A DNA stretch of 64,000 nt from an uncultured Eubacteriales bacterium (GTDB lineage: Bacteria > Actinomycetota > Coriobacteriia > Anaerosomatales > PHET01). Positions 63,475 through 64,000 of the stretch are shown in pieces; the first letter of the stretch is position 1, and every line of letters starts with the position of its first letter. The notes under the pieces were generated by a model. The model saw only the letters and a program-made list of their open reading frames with translations, was not told the DNA's origin and did no database searches. Position numbers and translations under genes: made by a program. The stretch is taken from NCBI GenBank assembly GCA_964492775.1, contig CAZBLH010000008.1, forward strand, positions 452 to 64,451. The letters are read 5' to 3'.

Positions 63475-64000
63475 CTACGCTCGTGGCCCACGTGCCTTTC
63501 GGCCACGGCCCAGACGAGGCGAGTCGGACGCCAACTCTATTTGGGGTAGGGGTACCTCAGTTCTGCGTAGCTTTCGGATGGTCTCTAGGTCTATTAGGGG
63601 TTCAGTGACGTTGTCTATCGGTGTGATAGTGATGGTCAAGCCAACAGGAGTGAGGGCGGTTCGGTACGCTTCGACCTCGGTGATGAGGTCCTCGATGGCC
63701 GGCTGTCTCGACCACATCTCCAGCGGCGACAGCGCCTCGTCCTTGTAGGCCGCAACGTGCAGCAGGTGCACGAGTCGTGTGACGACGTTCTCGAGATCTG
63801 CGGTCTTCTTGGAGTTTACGATCACAGTCGCACGGTAGGGGCCGCCGGATGGCAAGCGGCGGACGGCCTCAACGGTCTCTTGGTCGACTTCGCGTGCGAC
63901 CTCCTGCCACTGGTCGAGCAGTTCATCCACGTAGGTGTCGATGTCACGACCGGTAGCCTCACCAGAGGGAGCTATCAGCGGCCTTGTCCCAATGGGAGCC
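63475..64000 (-). CDS. hypothetical protein, C-terminal part (frame open to window end)
   Basis: Own translation shows the frame of track ORF 63475..63930 stays open upstream to position 64000 (..APIGTRPLIAPSGEATGRDIDTYVDELLDQW..). No family recognised. Confidence 0.45.
   Translation of the reverse strand, partial: APIGTRPLIAPSGEATGRDIDTYVDELLDQWQEVAREVDQETVEAVRRLPSGGPYRATVIVNSKKTADLENVVTRLVHLLHVAAYKDEALSPLEMWSRQPAIEDLITEVEAYRTALTPVGLTITITPIDNVTEPLIDLETIRKLRRTEVPLPQIELASDSPRLGRGRKARGPRA

Larger units (their letters stand above)
58172..64000 (-). mobile_element. putative integrated genomic island (integrase-bearing; right end beyond window)
   Basis: Bounded on the left by the tRNA-Phe 3' fragment. 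It contains a tyrosine integrase, all its genes are co-directional, and it is AT-richer than the core by eye. The other att site was not found inside the window. Confidence 0.5.

Noticed and set aside
1-64000. CRISPR arrays, rRNA genes, IS elements with terminal inverted repeats
   Set aside because: Scanning intergenic regions and ORF-free stretches showed no regularly spaced direct repeats, no rRNA-like sequence and no transposase ORF. The only recombinase is the tyrosine integrase.

Overview
High-GC (roughly two-thirds G+C by eye) bacterial chromosome segment, probably from an anaerobic Gram-positive-type organism. That assignment is an inference from the V-type ATPase, NfnAB, an HgdC-like activase, SpoVG/Veg and CWB2 wall anchoring; a Coriobacteriia-like actinobacterium is a low-confidence guess. 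From 1 to about 54.1 kb the window is core genome. It holds a V-type ATPase operon (H-I-K-E-C-F-A, with A truncated by the window edge), an ACT/UPF0210 pair, an orphan LytTR regulator and nfnAB. A long minus-strand housekeeping block follows in Bacillus-like order: rsmI, metG, tatD, yabE-like, rsmA, veg, ispE, spoVG, tRNA-Gln, glmU, prs, ctc, pth. Also here are ROK glucokinase, a translationally coupled HEAT-repeat/HD-GYP pair, two FemAB paralogues and a 1449-aa activase/dehydratase-like fusion. The core part ends with a six-GAF PP2C phosphatase overlapping an S-layer-like CWB2 protein, and a PhoR/PhoP-like two-component system divergent from pstSCAB. From about 54.1 kb to the window end the sequence looks accessory and AT-richer by eye. 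It contains a decayed Type I R-M locus: hsdM is intact, mrr is nested inside, hsdS is cut after its first TRD, and only the C-terminal tail of hsdR remains. Next is an orphan 3' half of tRNA-Phe that looks like an integration junction. Beyond it lies a co-directional cassette led by a tyrosine integrase: integrase, DUF3825 protein, an unknown protein of about 154 aa, a DUF262/DUF1524 GmrSD-like nuclease and a tail-anchored helical protein. This cassette is the best candidate for an uncharacterised defence or mobile system. No CRISPR array or rRNA was seen. All calls rest on reading the supplied translations and the DNA by eye; no searches or computations were run.
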